From: Rubrobacteraceae bacterium
Lineage (GTDB): Bacteria; Actinomycetota; Rubrobacteria; Rubrobacterales; Rubrobacteraceae
Direction of reading: 5' to 3'
NCBI GenBank assembly: GCA_051003015.1
Contig: JBPCLT010000025.1
Coordinates: 1 to 40,455, forward strand
DNA length: 40,455 nt
Shown: positions 7,937-17,752 of the stretch, piece after piece
Numbering within the stretch: position 1 is the stretch's first letter
Layout: the number at the start of each line of letters is the position of its first letter
Notes under the pieces: generated by a model
What the model saw: only the letters and a program-made list of their open reading frames with translations
Told to the model about the DNA's origin: nothing
Databases searched by the model: none
Program-made: the position numbers and the translations under genes

Positions 7937-9141
7937 TTACGGTCGGCTCTCGTCGCGGGCGTGGCCCACGGGATTGGTAGTGGAAGCTTGCCAACCAGCG
8001 TCGAGCCACTTCTTGTCCCTCCGAGCGCTCTCGACGACCTTCTCGATGAAGTGCACACCCCTGGCACCGTCGTGAACGGTGGGGAAGGTCTGCCCGTAGC
8101 CATCGGACTCGTGCCCGTCTTGCCTCGCCCGTATGGTCGCGGCCACGCCCGCGTAGACGTTGGCGAACGCCTCAATGAAGGCCTCGGGGTGGCCTGGGGG
8201 AAGCCTCGTGGCCTCCTTGGCCTCCTCGCAGAGGTAGTCGTTGCCCCTTTTGAGCACCTGAGCGGGGGCCCCGAAGGGCTTGAAGGTGAGATGGTTCGGC
8301 TCCTCCTGGCGCCACTCGATCCCCCCTCAGTACCGTAGATCCTTATTCGAAGGTCGTTCTCCTCGCCCGTGGAAACCTGGGAAGCGATCATCACGCCCTT
8401 CGCGCCCCCCTCGTAGCGGATCAACAAGTTGGCGTCGTCGTCGAGGGCCCTGCCCGGCACGAACGACGTCAGATCGGCGCAGATTTCGGACATTTCGAGG
8501 CCGGTGACTGTCGAGATTAGGTTCTCCGCGTGAGAGCCGATGTCGCCGATGGCCCCGCCTATCCCCGCTTTCTCGGGGTCGGTGCGCCATTCCGCCTGCT
8601 TCACGCCGGAGTCCTCCGCCTTGGCGGCCAGCCAGTCCTGGTTGTACTCCACGATAACCTTGCGGATCTCGCCGAGGTCGCCCCGACGCACCATGTGCCG
8701 TGCCTGCTTTACCATCGGGTAGCCAGTGTACTGGTAGGTGACCGCGAAGACGACGCCCGTCTTCTCGACAGTTTCCACCAGTCGCTCGGCTTGCTCGGTG
8801 TCGTGCACCATGGGTTTGTCTAGCACGACGTTACAGCCCGCTTCGGCGAAGGCATGCGCCACCGGGAAGTGGACATGGTTGGGTGTCACGACACTCACGA
8901 AGTCGACGCGCTCCTCCTTGGGGAGGCCAAGCTCGGCCTCGAACATCTGCTGCCAGCTACCGTAGTTGCGCTCGTCGGGTAGGCCCAGCTCTCGCCCGGA
9001 GGCGAGGGCCTTCTCCTCGCTGGACGAAAGGGCGCCAGCGACGAGCTCGATCTCGCCGTCCATCAACGCGGCGGCGCGGTGGACCTCGCCGATGAAGGCG
9101 TCCGAGCCTCCGCCAACCATGCCCATCTTGAGTTTCCTCAT
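7937..9141 (-). pseudogene. Gfo/Idh/MocA-family NAD(P)-dependent oxidoreductase, interrupted by a 1-nt frameshift in a homopolymer
   Basis: The N-terminal Rossmann part ([21 protein letters not shown]...VVTPNHVHF...IRIYGTEGG) lies in the frame of ORF 7837..9198. The C-terminal part ([30 protein letters not shown]...[13 protein letters not shown]...) lies in the frame of ORF 7937..8257. The switch is at the C6 run 8321-8326, and one extra base restores ...[13 protein letters not shown].... Start ATG at 9141 with a GGGAGGGAG RBS. Confidence 0.85.
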
Positions 9142-9142
9142 G

Positions 9143-10143
9143 CTACTCCCTCCCGAACGCGGCGTCGAAGGCGGCCGCTGATGGCTCGAAGTCCACATCC
9201 CTCACAAAGGCAGCCGACTCCCTCGCCCCGTGCACCCGGTCCATGCCGGCGTCCTCCCACTCCACGGAAAGAGGGCCATCGTAGCCTATGCGGTTCAGCG
9301 CCCGGATGATGGCCTGGAAGTCCACCCCGCCCCGACCCACCGAGCGGAAGTCCCAGCCGCGGCGGTGGTCGCCGAAGGGAAGGTGAGAGGAGAGGATTCC
9401 ACTCTCTCCGTCGAGCGTCCTCTGGGCATCCTTCATATGGGCGTGGTAGATCCTGTCCGCGAAGCGGTCGATGAATTTGACGGGGTCCACGAACTGCCAG
9501 TAGAGGTGGCTAGGATCGAAGTTGAAGCCGAACGCCTCGCGCCTACCGATCGCCTCCAGCGCTCTCTCGGCCGAGTAGAGGTCGTAGGCGATCTCCCTCG
9601 GGTGCACCTCGAAGGCAAACCTGACGCCCTCCTCGTCGAAGACGTCCAGTATGGGGTTCCACCTCTCGGCGAAATCCTCGTAGCCAACCTCGATCTCCTC
9701 CTGGGAAGTCGGGGGGAAGAAGTAGAGCTTGTGCCAGACGGCGCTCCCGGTGAAACCCGTACGGTACTCACGCCCTGTCTGGCTGCGGCCCTAGCGGTGT
9801 CCTTCATCTCCTCCGCGGCGCGACGGCGCACCCCCTCTGGGTCACCATCGCCCCAGACGTGCTCGGGCAGGATGGCCTTTTGGCGTTCGTCTATCGGGAA
9901 GTCGCACACCGCCTGCCCGACCAGGTGGTTGCCGACGGCGAAGCACTCGATGCCGTGCCGACCGAGGATCTCCCGACGATCTTCACCATAACCGTCGTCC
10001 GAGAGCGCCCGTTGCACATCGAAGTGGTCGCCCCAGCAGGCAAGCTCCAGGCCGTCGTAGCCCATCTCCTTGGCGAGCGGCGCCAGCTCTTCGAGGGGCA
10101 TGTCTGCCCACTGCCCGGTAAACAGGGTAACAGATCTTGCCAT
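9143..10143 (-). pseudogene. Xylose-isomerase-like TIM-barrel protein (sugar phosphate isomerase/epimerase family), interrupted by a 1-nt frameshift
   Basis: The N-terminal part is [41 protein letters not shown]...AARQGVSTV. It continues in another frame as [60 protein letters not shown]...[11 protein letters not shown]...YHAHMKD. The frame change is near 9755-9768. Confidence 0.85.
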
Positions 10144-10249
10144 GGTTCCTCCTTCTTAGGCTTCACTTGTGGTTCCGGGCATCTCGAGTCCGGTTTCTCT
10201 ATCGTTCACCAGCCTAAGCAAACACCGAGCAGCGCCACCCGGGGTGGAG

Positions 10250-11233
10250 TCAGGTACGCGGACCTTTGCGGGCGAGGGCGACGGCCAGAATGATGATCGC
10301 TCCGCGCACGATCTGCTGCTGGCTAAACTCCAATCCCATTAAGGTCAGGCCGTTGTTGATAAGGCCTACTAGCAGCGCGCCGATCACCGATCCTATGACC
10401 GTGCCATAACCCCCAAACAAGCTCGTGCCGCCCAGTATCACGGCTGCTATGACCGATAGCTCGTCGCCCTCGCCCCACTGGAAGCGTCCGGAGTGGAGAC
10501 GTCCGGCGTAGAGCATCCCGGCCAGCCCCGCGACGGTGCCGGACACCAGGAGCACATAGAACTTGATCCTGCGCGTGTTCACCCCGCTGAAGCGGGCGGC
10601 TGATTCGGCACCGCCTGTAGCCAGTACTTGCCGGCCGTAGGTGGTCTTGCGCAGAACTACGTGGCCTACCGCTAACAGGATGACCACCCAAAGAAGTAAG
10701 GATGGAACGGGCCCGATCTGCCCCGAACCGAAGGTGTTGTTGAACGCGTTGTTCACGATGGGAACCGGGGCGGAGTCGGTTATCCACATCGCCGACCCGA
10801 CCGCGATCCCCAACATTCCGAGCGTGACGAGAAACGACGGTATGCTGATAGCGGCGACCAGGATGCCGTTGATTCCGCCCACGATAACGCCTGTCAAGAG
10901 CCCCGCCGCGACGCCGGCGAAGAGCCCGTACTCGGACACCGCCAGCGCGCTGGTGACGGATGCGAGCCCCGCTACCGAGCCGACGGAGAGGTCGATCTCT
11001 GCGGCGGAAATCACGAAGGTCATGGCTACCGCCATCACGGCGATGATCGCGCTCTGGCGTACGACGTTGAGAAGGTTGTAGAAGCTCAGGAAGCCGGAGT
11101 CGTAGAGTACGATGGCAAAAAAAGTGAAGATCGCCAGGAAGGCGATAAACACCATGTACTGTCGCCAGTCGAACCCCAGAGCACGTTCGGTTGTTTGTGG
11201 AGCTGTTTCACGCTTAAACACTCTGGACAGCAT
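10250..11233 (-). CDS. Sugar ABC transporter permease (ribose/xylose RbsC-type)
   Basis: A 327-aa polytopic membrane protein with the typical RbsC-family layout (AAEIDLSVGSV..., ...LGGTSLFGGYGTVIGSVIGALLVGLINNGL). It overlaps the ATPase stop by 20 nt. Confidence 0.9.
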   Translation of the reverse strand: MLSRVFKRETAPQTTERALGFDWRQYMVFIAFLAIFTFFAIVLYDSGFLSFYNLLNVVRQSAIIAVMAVAMTFVISAAEIDLSVGSVAGLASVTSALAVSEYGLFAGVAAGLLTGVIVGGINGILVAAISIPSFLVTLGMLGIAVGSAMWITDSAPVPIVNNAFNNTFGSGQIGPVPSLLLWVVILLAVGHVVLRKTTYGRQVLATGGAESAARFSGVNTRRIKFYVLLVSGTVAGLAGMLYAGRLHSGRFQWGEGDELSVIAAVILGGTSLFGGYGTVIGSVIGALLVGLINNGLTLMGLEFSQQQIVRGAIIILAVALARKGPRT

Positions 11234-12743
11234 GGTGCAATTCCTCCTCCGACTCTATGTCTTGTCTCTCCATCGCCTGCTTCACCGTGCCGTCTTGCAA
11301 GATCAGAACCCGGTCGCTTACGGCCAGTAGTTCGACGAGCTCCGAAGAAATTATGATAATTCCCTTGCCCGCATCGGCCAGTTGACGGGTGATGTCGAGG
11401 ATCTCCGTTTTGGCCCCTATGTCGACGCCGGCCGTCGGCTCATCCATGATGAGAATATCGGGTTCGACCGCCAGCCACTTGGCGATCACTACTTTCTGCT
11501 GGTTACCACCGGACAGTAACCAGATGGGCTGGAAGATCGAGTTCACTTTGATCTGCAGTCTCTCGACGAGGGATCCCACCATCTGTTCTCCTCGCCGATC
11601 ATCGATCACGCCGCCGCGTTGCAGCCTCCCCAATAATGGCAGGAGCAAGTTGTCCTTCAGGGAGTGATCGAGAACGAGCCCCTGGAGGCGGCGGTCCTCC
11701 GGGATCAGAGAGATGCCCGCCGCCATGGCGTCCTGGGTGCTACGGATAACCACCGGGCGTCCGCGAACGCGGATCTCACCGGCCTCGATACGATCGATCC
11801 CGAAGAGCGCCCGGGCTATCTCTGTCCGACCGCTGCCCATGAGACCGGCTACGCCGAGGATCTCGCCCTGGTACAGGCGAAAGCTGACGTCCCGAAAGCG
11901 ACCGGCAGCGGTCAAACCTTCCACCTCTAGCAGAGGGGTCTCGGTCCGGTCTACCTGTCGCTCCTTCCATTCGAAAGCTTGCTCCATCTTTTGTCCGACG
12001 ATGTGGTCGATTATCTGCTCCAAGGTCAGGTTGGCTGTCTCTTCCGTGATGACGTGTCTACCATTGCGCAGCACCGTGACCCGGTCGGCAACCTGAAAAA
12101 CTTCCTCCATTCGGTGGGAGATGTAAACGATCGAGATTTCCCTGGCCTTCAGCTCCCGGATCAGTTCGAACAGCGCCTCCGTCTCGGTCCGGGTGAGCGA
12201 AGAGGTCGGCTCGTCCATGATCAGGATGCGGGCATCTCGCGAGAGCGCCTTGGCGATCTCGGTGAGCTGCCAGTAGCCGGTGCTCAGATCGGCCACCAAC
12301 GCATTGGGATCGACATCCTCACCGAGCTCGGCGAACAGCTCACGGGTCCGGCGCTCACATTCGCGGTCATCCAGAAGTCCTACCCCAGTGTGTGGCTCGC
12401 TGTTCAAGAATATGTTCTGTGCCACGCTCAGGGTGGGAACCAGGCTGAACTCCTGGAAGATCATCGCTATCCCATGGGCTTTCGCATCTTGAGGCGAGTG
12501 AATCTGGACCGCAGTACCGTCGACCTTTACCTCTCCTGCATCCGGCACGTGGACACCCTCGAGTATCTTCATCAACGTCGACTTGCCGGCGCCGTTGCCG
12601 CCCACCAGCGCGTGGACTTCGCCCCTGCGCAGCTGGAAGTCCACGTCGTGGAGAACGGTGTTACCGCCGAACGACTTGACAATTCCCTTCAGCTCTACCG
12701 CCATTGTCTGTGTCGGGCTCACCGTCACGATTCTTCCCTTCAT
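11214..12743 (-). CDS. Sugar ABC transporter ATP-binding protein with duplicated ABC domains (RbsA/MglA-type)
   Basis: Walker A GGNGAGKST, signature LSTGYWQ/LSGGNQQK and Walker B ILIMDEPT occur twice. The start could alternatively be the internal ATG at 12701 (MAVELKG...). Confidence 0.9.
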   Translation of the reverse strand: MKGRIVTVSPTQTMAVELKGIVKSFGGNTVLHDVDFQLRRGEVHALVGGNGAGKSTLMKILEGVHVPDAGEVKVDGTAVQIHSPQDAKAHGIAMIFQEFSLVPTLSVAQNIFLNSEPHTGVGLLDDRECERRTRELFAELGEDVDPNALVADLSTGYWQLTEIAKALSRDARILIMDEPTSSLTRTETEALFELIRELKAREISIVYISHRMEEVFQVADRVTVLRNGRHVITEETANLTLEQIIDHIVGQKMEQAFEWKERQVDRTETPLLEVEGLTAAGRFRDVSFRLYQGEILGVAGLMGSGRTEIARALFGIDRIEAGEIRVRGRPVVIRSTQDAMAAGISLIPEDRRLQGLVLDHSLKDNLLLPLLGRLQRGGVIDDRRGEQMVGSLVERLQIKVNSIFQPIWLLSGGNQQKVVIAKWLAVEPDILIMDEPTAGVDIGAKTEILDITRQLADAGKGIIIISSELVELLAVSDRVLILQDGTVKQAMERQDIESEEELHHAVQSV

Positions 12744-12827
12744 CCAACTCTCACGTTCGCTGGTCTATGATGGGCTCAGGTGTAGCGGCTGAATGTGGAT
12801 CCCAACCGCTACACCCTGTCCCCGGTT

Positions 12828-13988
12828 CTACTGTGCGGCTTCTCTGACTTTCTCCGGCGGGTCTTGGTGATACACGGTCTTCCAGGCGTCCAAGACGTTA
12901 TTCCCCGTCACGGGTAAGGCAGAGAGCGCTACGTAAGGGGGCGCCTCCTTGTCCAGAAGCCCGTATCCGGCCAGCTTAGCTTCAGTGACGCCCTGGTCGA
13001 ACGGAACCTGGGCGCCCAACCCCTTGACTATCCCGCCCGAGGCGACCTCGATCGCCGCAGGCTGGCCCAAATCGATCGTGGTAACGACCAGGTCGCTGCG
13101 GCCCGCGGTCCGTGCCGCGGCGACGACGCCTTCGGCCGGGACGTCCCACACAGCCCAGATACCGTTGAGATCTGCGGTCTCGGTCATCATCGCCGAGGCG
13201 ACCTCCTCCGCCTGACCGGCGAAGTCGGGACCACCGATGCCCTGCTCCTCGACAATCTCGATGTCCGGGTATTCATTATTGATGACCTCTTTGAACGCTT
13301 CGTGGCGCTGCTGCGTGACGAAGAAGTCGGCGTTGTAGTAGATGACACCGACTTTGCCCTGACCACCCAGCTCTGAGGCCATGAGGTGCGCCGAGACCAC
13401 CCCGTTCCCATAGTTGTCCGCCGACACAACGCTTACGTAGTCTTCACCTTGCTGCAAGCCATCCGGCACGTTGTCCATGAAAACGAGCTTAACTCCCTGT
13501 TCGGCCGCCGCTTTGTAGGCGTCCGCGGTCGCGACGGGATCGGTGGGAATCGACACGATGATATCCGGCTCTCTGGCCAGCACGGTCTCTATGTCCGAGA
13601 CTTGCTTCCCGGGATCGAAGTTCGCATCGGTAGTGGTGATGACCTCGACGCCCATTTTCTCGAACTGGCTCCTCAAGCCGTCTATTTGAGCCTGAGCCCA
13701 GTCGTTGCCGCCGTAGTGCATCACGATGGCGGCCGTCGCGTTCATCCCTTTGATCTGCTCTAATTCTTCGTCCGTCAGTTTCACTTCGCTGCCCGGCGTG
13801 GGCTCCTCGCCGTGGGGGCCGGTGCTGAGGACTTTGCCTTCCAGTTCGGCCAGCGCGTTCTGCGCCTTTTCCAGCTCGACGCCGCCACCCTCCTCAGATT
13901 GTCCCCCTGATCCGCCGCAGGCGGCTAGAACAAAGCCTGCGGCTAGGAGCAACACAGCCACTACGTATGAATTCCTGTACTTTCTCAT
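12828..13988 (-). CDS. Sugar ABC transporter substrate-binding lipoprotein (periplasmic-binding-protein type I, ribose-like)
   Basis: Lipoprotein signal LLLAAGFVLAACGGSGG is followed by a PBP type-I fold pattern (AAIVMHYGGNDWAQAQ..., GVKLVFMDNVP...). Confidence 0.85.
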   Translation of the reverse strand: MRKYRNSYVVAVLLLAAGFVLAACGGSGGQSEEGGGVELEKAQNALAELEGKVLSTGPHGEEPTPGSEVKLTDEELEQIKGMNATAAIVMHYGGNDWAQAQIDGLRSQFEKMGVEVITTTDANFDPGKQVSDIETVLAREPDIIVSIPTDPVATADAYKAAAEQGVKLVFMDNVPDGLQQGEDYVSVVSADNYGNGVVSAHLMASELGGQGKVGVIYYNADFFVTQQRHEAFKEVINNEYPDIEIVEEQGIGGPDFAGQAEEVASAMMTETADLNGIWAVWDVPAEGVVAAARTAGRSDLVVTTIDLGQPAAIEVASGGIVKGLGAQVPFDQGVTEAKLAGYGLLDKEAPPYVALSALPVTGNNVLDAWKTVYHQDPPEKVREAAQ

Positions 13989-14065
13989 TGCGCTTACCTC
14001 CTTTTCGCCAACTGAAGATTTATTGCGCGCCGGAATGTGCTTGCCGTCAAATGTCTTTAATCCCC

Positions 14066-14878
14066 TTAGGCCGTCACCTCGCTGAGGAACCTTCTGCTAA
14101 TTTGTGCCGCTTCTTTGGAAGATCCCTCGTAGGAGTCCAGTTCGACGGTGATCCACCCGTCGTACTGGATACCGCTCAAAGCTCTCATGATCCGCGCGAA
14201 ATCGAGCTCTCCCTGCCCCAGAGGCAGAAAGTCGCCCCCCTCGTAGTCCTTGAGGTGCACGTACCGGATCCGATCCCCATACGCGTTTATGAGCTCGGCC
14301 GGATCGCCACCGCCCGCCCGCAAGTGGGCGGTGTCGGGACAGAAGTAGATGCCGGTGTACTGGAAGACCTTCGCCAGCTGCTCCGGCGATTCCACGCAGG
14401 TGCCGAGGTGCGGGTGGTAGCTGGCTACCAACCCCGTCTCGTCGGCCATGGCGACCACCCTCTCGAGGCTCTCGCCCACGCGCCGGTAGTCCTCCTCCCG
14501 GATACCCGCGGCGCGCACCGCCCCACCCCCTACGACGAGGTGTTCGGTACCGAACTGCGCCGCGAGCCGCGCCGAGTCCTCGATCTTGCTCAGTTCGTCA
14601 TCGAGTATCTCCGGGTAGATGAAGTTCGCGCCGCAGTACACAGCGACCATCTGCAAACCGAGCCCGTCTGTCAGGTTCCGCAGCTCGTCCTCGCGGCCAG
14701 CGTACTGCATGAGGTTGCCGTCGAACAGTTCGAAGCCTTCGTAGCCCGCGCTGGAGATGTCCCGGAGCGCCTTTTCCGTAGAGCCATTCGCCAGGTAGTA
14801 GAGGTCTTTGACGCTCGTCACCCCGGCGGGATGCCCCACCACCCCGCCCCAGGTTATCGTGTGGTAAGCCAGCTTCAT
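14066..14878 (-). CDS. Xylose-isomerase-like TIM-barrel protein (sugar phosphate isomerase/epimerase; IolE-like)
   Basis: MKLAYHTITWGG...GYEGFELFDG...HLVVGGG...YHPHLGTCVE...FCPDTAHL...VHLKDY...ITVELD is typical of AP-endonuclease-2/xylose-isomerase-like TIM barrels. Its start lies 4 nt after the GMC stop. Confidence 0.85.
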   Translation of the reverse strand: MKLAYHTITWGGVVGHPAGVTSVKDLYYLANGSTEKALRDISSAGYEGFELFDGNLMQYAGREDELRNLTDGLGLQMVAVYCGANFIYPEILDDELSKIEDSARLAAQFGTEHLVVGGGAVRAAGIREEDYRRVGESLERVVAMADETGLVASYHPHLGTCVESPEQLAKVFQYTGIYFCPDTAHLRAGGGDPAELINAYGDRIRYVHLKDYEGGDFLPLGQGELDFARIMRALSGIQYDGWITVELDSYEGSSKEAAQISRRFLSEVTA

Positions 14879-14882
14879 CCGC

Positions 14883-16541
14883 TTACTCCTGTTTGCTCGT
14901 GGCCGTCACCGCTCCCCGTTGGCGGACGATGTTCTCGGCCACCCGCCAGGCGTTGGCCATGATGGTGAGCGTAGGGTTCATCCCGGTCGAGGTGGGGAAC
15001 GGACTGCCGTCCACGGCATAGAGGTTGTTCACCTCGTGCGCCTGGCACCACTTGTCGAGCACGGACTCTTCTGGGTTGTTGCCCATCCGGAGCGTGCTGT
15101 GCTGGTGGGAGGCGTTGCCCGTGATCTTTTCTATGTAGACGGGCCAGGTCCTGGTGGCTCCGGCGGCGTCCAGGATCTCGACGCCCCGATCGATGATCCA
15201 GCGCCCCTGATCGAGGTCGTTCTGGTGCGCCTTGTGGGTAACGCGCACCACCGGCAGTCCCCAGGCGTCCTTGACGCTTTCGTCCAGCTCCACGCGGTTG
15301 GTGTGCTGGGGCAGGTCGTGCAGGCAGACGCCGACGGCCATGCTGTAGTTGAAGAACTGCCGGTCCGCGTCCTTCATGCCCTGGCCCCACAACGGCGTGT
15401 CCGGCAGCGTGAAGTTGATGGGCAGCGGGACCCCGACGCCCGCCGCCGCCACGTGGCTGCCACTGACGAAGCCCTGGTCCACTGCGGACTCGTAGAACTC
15501 GAGGGTGCTCCCGCTGACGTAGCCGCCCCCGGCCCAACCGTACACGGGTTCCTCGAACACCCCGACGGCGGCACTGTACTCATGGAGGGTTAGGTAACGA
15601 CCCACGAGATCGTTGCCGTTGGCGAGGCCGTTGGGGAAACGGCCGGAGCGCGACAAGAGCAGCAACCGCGCCGACTCCATCGCGCCGCACGCGAGGATGA
15701 ACACGTCGGCCTCTTGCTCGATGAAGTCGCCGGCGGCGTCCTGGTAGACCGCGCTCCTGGCCCGACCCCGCTCATCAACGGTGATCTCGTGCACGTAGCA
15801 GTCCGGCCTGAGATCCAGCTTCCCCGTGGCGACGGCGTCCGGGATGAACGTCGTGAGGGCCGTGGACTTGGTACCGGTGGGGTCTCCGTGCTGCTGGACG
15901 AAGGCGCTCTGCACGGTGGCCGGCCTTCCGTTGTAAGGCCTCGACAGCATCGCCGTCGGGGTCGGGAAGGAGTTGTATCCGAGCCGCGCGCACCCTTCGT
16001 GGAACTTCTGCGCGTAGCGGGTGGACGGCATCGGAGGCAACGGATAGTCCCGGCTACGCGGCGCTTCGTACTTGTTCGCTCCCCCCTGCCCCGACACCCC
16101 GAAGGCCCACTCTACCTTGTCGTAGTACGGCTCTAGCTCATCGTAGGTGATCGGCCAGTCCGCAATGGACGCGCCTTCTACCTCGCCGCGCAGCGTCTTC
16201 AGCTTGAAATCGCTCTCCACCATGCGGGGCACCCAGCCCGTCCAGTGGACGGTGCCGCCGCCCACCATCTGCGGCACCGGGCAGAACAGCTCAATCTTCG
16301 GCTCCTCGTCCTCGGAGGAGCGGAAGGTGCGGGGGTTCAGCAGCGGATCCGGCCACAGGTTGTACCTGTTGGAGTTGGCCAACTCGTCGCCGCCGAAGCT
16401 CTCGGGCTCGCGCCACGGGCCCCGCTCCAACGCCACGACCCGTACGCCGCTCTCCGTGAGCACCTTGGCCGCGGTCGCCCCGGAGGCGCCGGCGCCGATG
16501 ATGCACAAGTCGGCCCGTTCAGGCTTCCTTTTATTCGCCAC
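14883..16541 (-). CDS. GMC-family FAD-dependent oxidoreductase (catalytic subunit)
   Basis: FAD-binding motif DLCIIGAGASGATAAKVLTESGVRVVALERG and a C-terminal GMC region (HQHSTLRMG..., NLYAVDGSPFPTSTGMNPTLTIMA). I chose the GTG at 16541 (GAGAGGGGGG RBS 5 nt upstream, 552 aa). The 67-codon upstream extension in the track ORF is Arg/Thr/Pro-rich junk overlapping the preceding gene. Confidence 0.88.
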   Translation of the reverse strand: MANKRKPERADLCIIGAGASGATAAKVLTESGVRVVALERGPWREPESFGGDELANSNRYNLWPDPLLNPRTFRSSEDEEPKIELFCPVPQMVGGGTVHWTGWVPRMVESDFKLKTLRGEVEGASIADWPITYDELEPYYDKVEWAFGVSGQGGANKYEAPRSRDYPLPPMPSTRYAQKFHEGCARLGYNSFPTPTAMLSRPYNGRPATVQSAFVQQHGDPTGTKSTALTTFIPDAVATGKLDLRPDCYVHEITVDERGRARSAVYQDAAGDFIEQEADVFILACGAMESARLLLLSRSGRFPNGLANGNDLVGRYLTLHEYSAAVGVFEEPVYGWAGGGYVSGSTLEFYESAVDQGFVSGSHVAAAGVGVPLPINFTLPDTPLWGQGMKDADRQFFNYSMAVGVCLHDLPQHTNRVELDESVKDAWGLPVVRVTHKAHQNDLDQGRWIIDRGVEILDAAGATRTWPVYIEKITGNASHQHSTLRMGNNPEESVLDKWCQAHEVNNLYAVDGSPFPTSTGMNPTLTIMANAWRVAENIVRQRGAVTATSKQE

Positions 16542-17235
16542 TGCTGCCCCCCTCTCTGTGGTTGTCGTCGCCCTCGGCGAAGTAGGGAAGCGTCGTGTAA
16601 CGTCCCGAGTGCACCTCGGCCAGCGACTCGGGCCCCGGGAAACCCAGGACTTGCCAGCCGGCGCGATCCCGGTTTCCCCCGTAGATGGGGTCCGAGTAGA
16701 AGCCCTGACGTGTGTGAAGCACGAGCAGGGGGAAAAAGTCAAGCTCTACCTCGGTAAGCGTCTGCTGCATCACCGGCCCCGAGGGCTCCGCTTGTTCCGG
16801 AGGTGCCCAGGCCGCGGTCGCCTGATCCTCTTCCATCGCCTCCTCGTCTTCTCCGGGCGCGGACGCCTCCATATCGGTCAGCACGCGATCCTGTTGCTCA
16901 GCCGACAGTTGGCGGAAGTCCTCGCCGAACGACTTGCGACTCCTCCGGTCCAACTCTTCGACACCCTCAACGTAGGTCCGCTGGAGAATGTCGATCCGCC
17001 GTTGCCATGCCTCGGCTCTCTTCCCGGACAGCTCCTCGAACCCGCTCCCGTCCGGCTTGGCGTAGACGTAGTCGATGCCGTAGAGGTACCGATCCAAGAA
17101 CCCCACGGTCCTGGCTTCCTTCGCGCCGGGTTGATGGTCTGTCGGGATGATCCGAGACATCGCCGCCTCTATCGTCGACCATTGGTGCTCATCGAAGAAG
17201 AGTCGCTCCACTTTCGTGCTCTCCCGTTCATTCAC
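16531..17235 (-). CDS. Gluconate 2-dehydrogenase subunit 3-family protein (small partner subunit of GMC dehydrogenases), without a visible Tat signal
   Basis: Family motifs are FFDEHQWSTIEAAMSRIIPTDHQPGAKEA...FLDRYL and the C-terminal HTRQGFYSDPIYGGNRDRAGWQVLGFPG. The N-terminus MNERESTKVERLFF lacks an RR motif and a hydrophobic h-region. Confidence 0.8.
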   Translation of the reverse strand: MNERESTKVERLFFDEHQWSTIEAAMSRIIPTDHQPGAKEARTVGFLDRYLYGIDYVYAKPDGSGFEELSGKRAEAWQRRIDILQRTYVEGVEELDRRSRKSFGEDFRQLSAEQQDRVLTDMEASAPGEDEEAMEEDQATAAWAPPEQAEPSGPVMQQTLTEVELDFFPLLVLHTRQGFYSDPIYGGNRDRAGWQVLGFPGPESLAEVHSGRYTTLPYFAEGDDNHREGGSSGE

Positions 17236-17303
17236 GCATTAGCTCCCTCTCTCCTCTCGGGTGTTTTTGGGCGTCGAGGGCGCTTCCGGCCGCCCCGGTC
17301 GCC

Positions 17304-17664
17304 TTACAACACGCTCACTAGCGGCTTTATGTACTCGTAGGCCTGGCGGGCGATCTGATTTGGTGGTCAGGGCCGGCATCCACGGCGGGTCCACGATGAG
17401 TATGTCGTAGGGGTTCGTCTCCATGTTGATGCTCACTCCGAAATCCGACTCGAAGTCCGGTAGCACGAGCTCCAAGGCTTCTGAGTTCGCTTCGGCCGTC
17501 GCGTACAGCATGTTGAGGGAGCTCGGCTTGCCCGAGGCTAGCTGCCCACCTCCGCCGCACGCCGCCAGCGCCCCTCCGGAGAGCGCCGTTCCCGAGGCCG
17601 CCACCGACAGCCTTAAGAAGTCACTTCTGGTCATTGATCGCCTAAACACCACCGCCTCCTCCAC
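17304..17664 (-). pseudogene. ABC-transporter solute-binding lipoprotein remnant (internal deletion)
   Basis: A Tat/lipoprotein-type signal (RRSMTRSDFLRLSVAASGTALSGGALAACGG) and ~60 aa of SBP N-terminus (LNMLYATAEANSEALELVLPDFESDFGVSINMETNPYDILIVDPPWMPAL) are present. The frame then degenerates. A different frame encodes an SBP-like C-terminal tail (...QIARQAYEYIKPLVSVL, stop at 17304-17306). About 300 aa of a normal SBP are missing. Confidence 0.65.
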
Positions 17665-17752
17665 ACTCGGTTCGAGCCTTTATCCTCGGATTCTTCCTCC
17701 GCCGACCTCCTCCTTTGACTTTCGAGTCGGTTGGACGGCCGTACTGTTTGCG

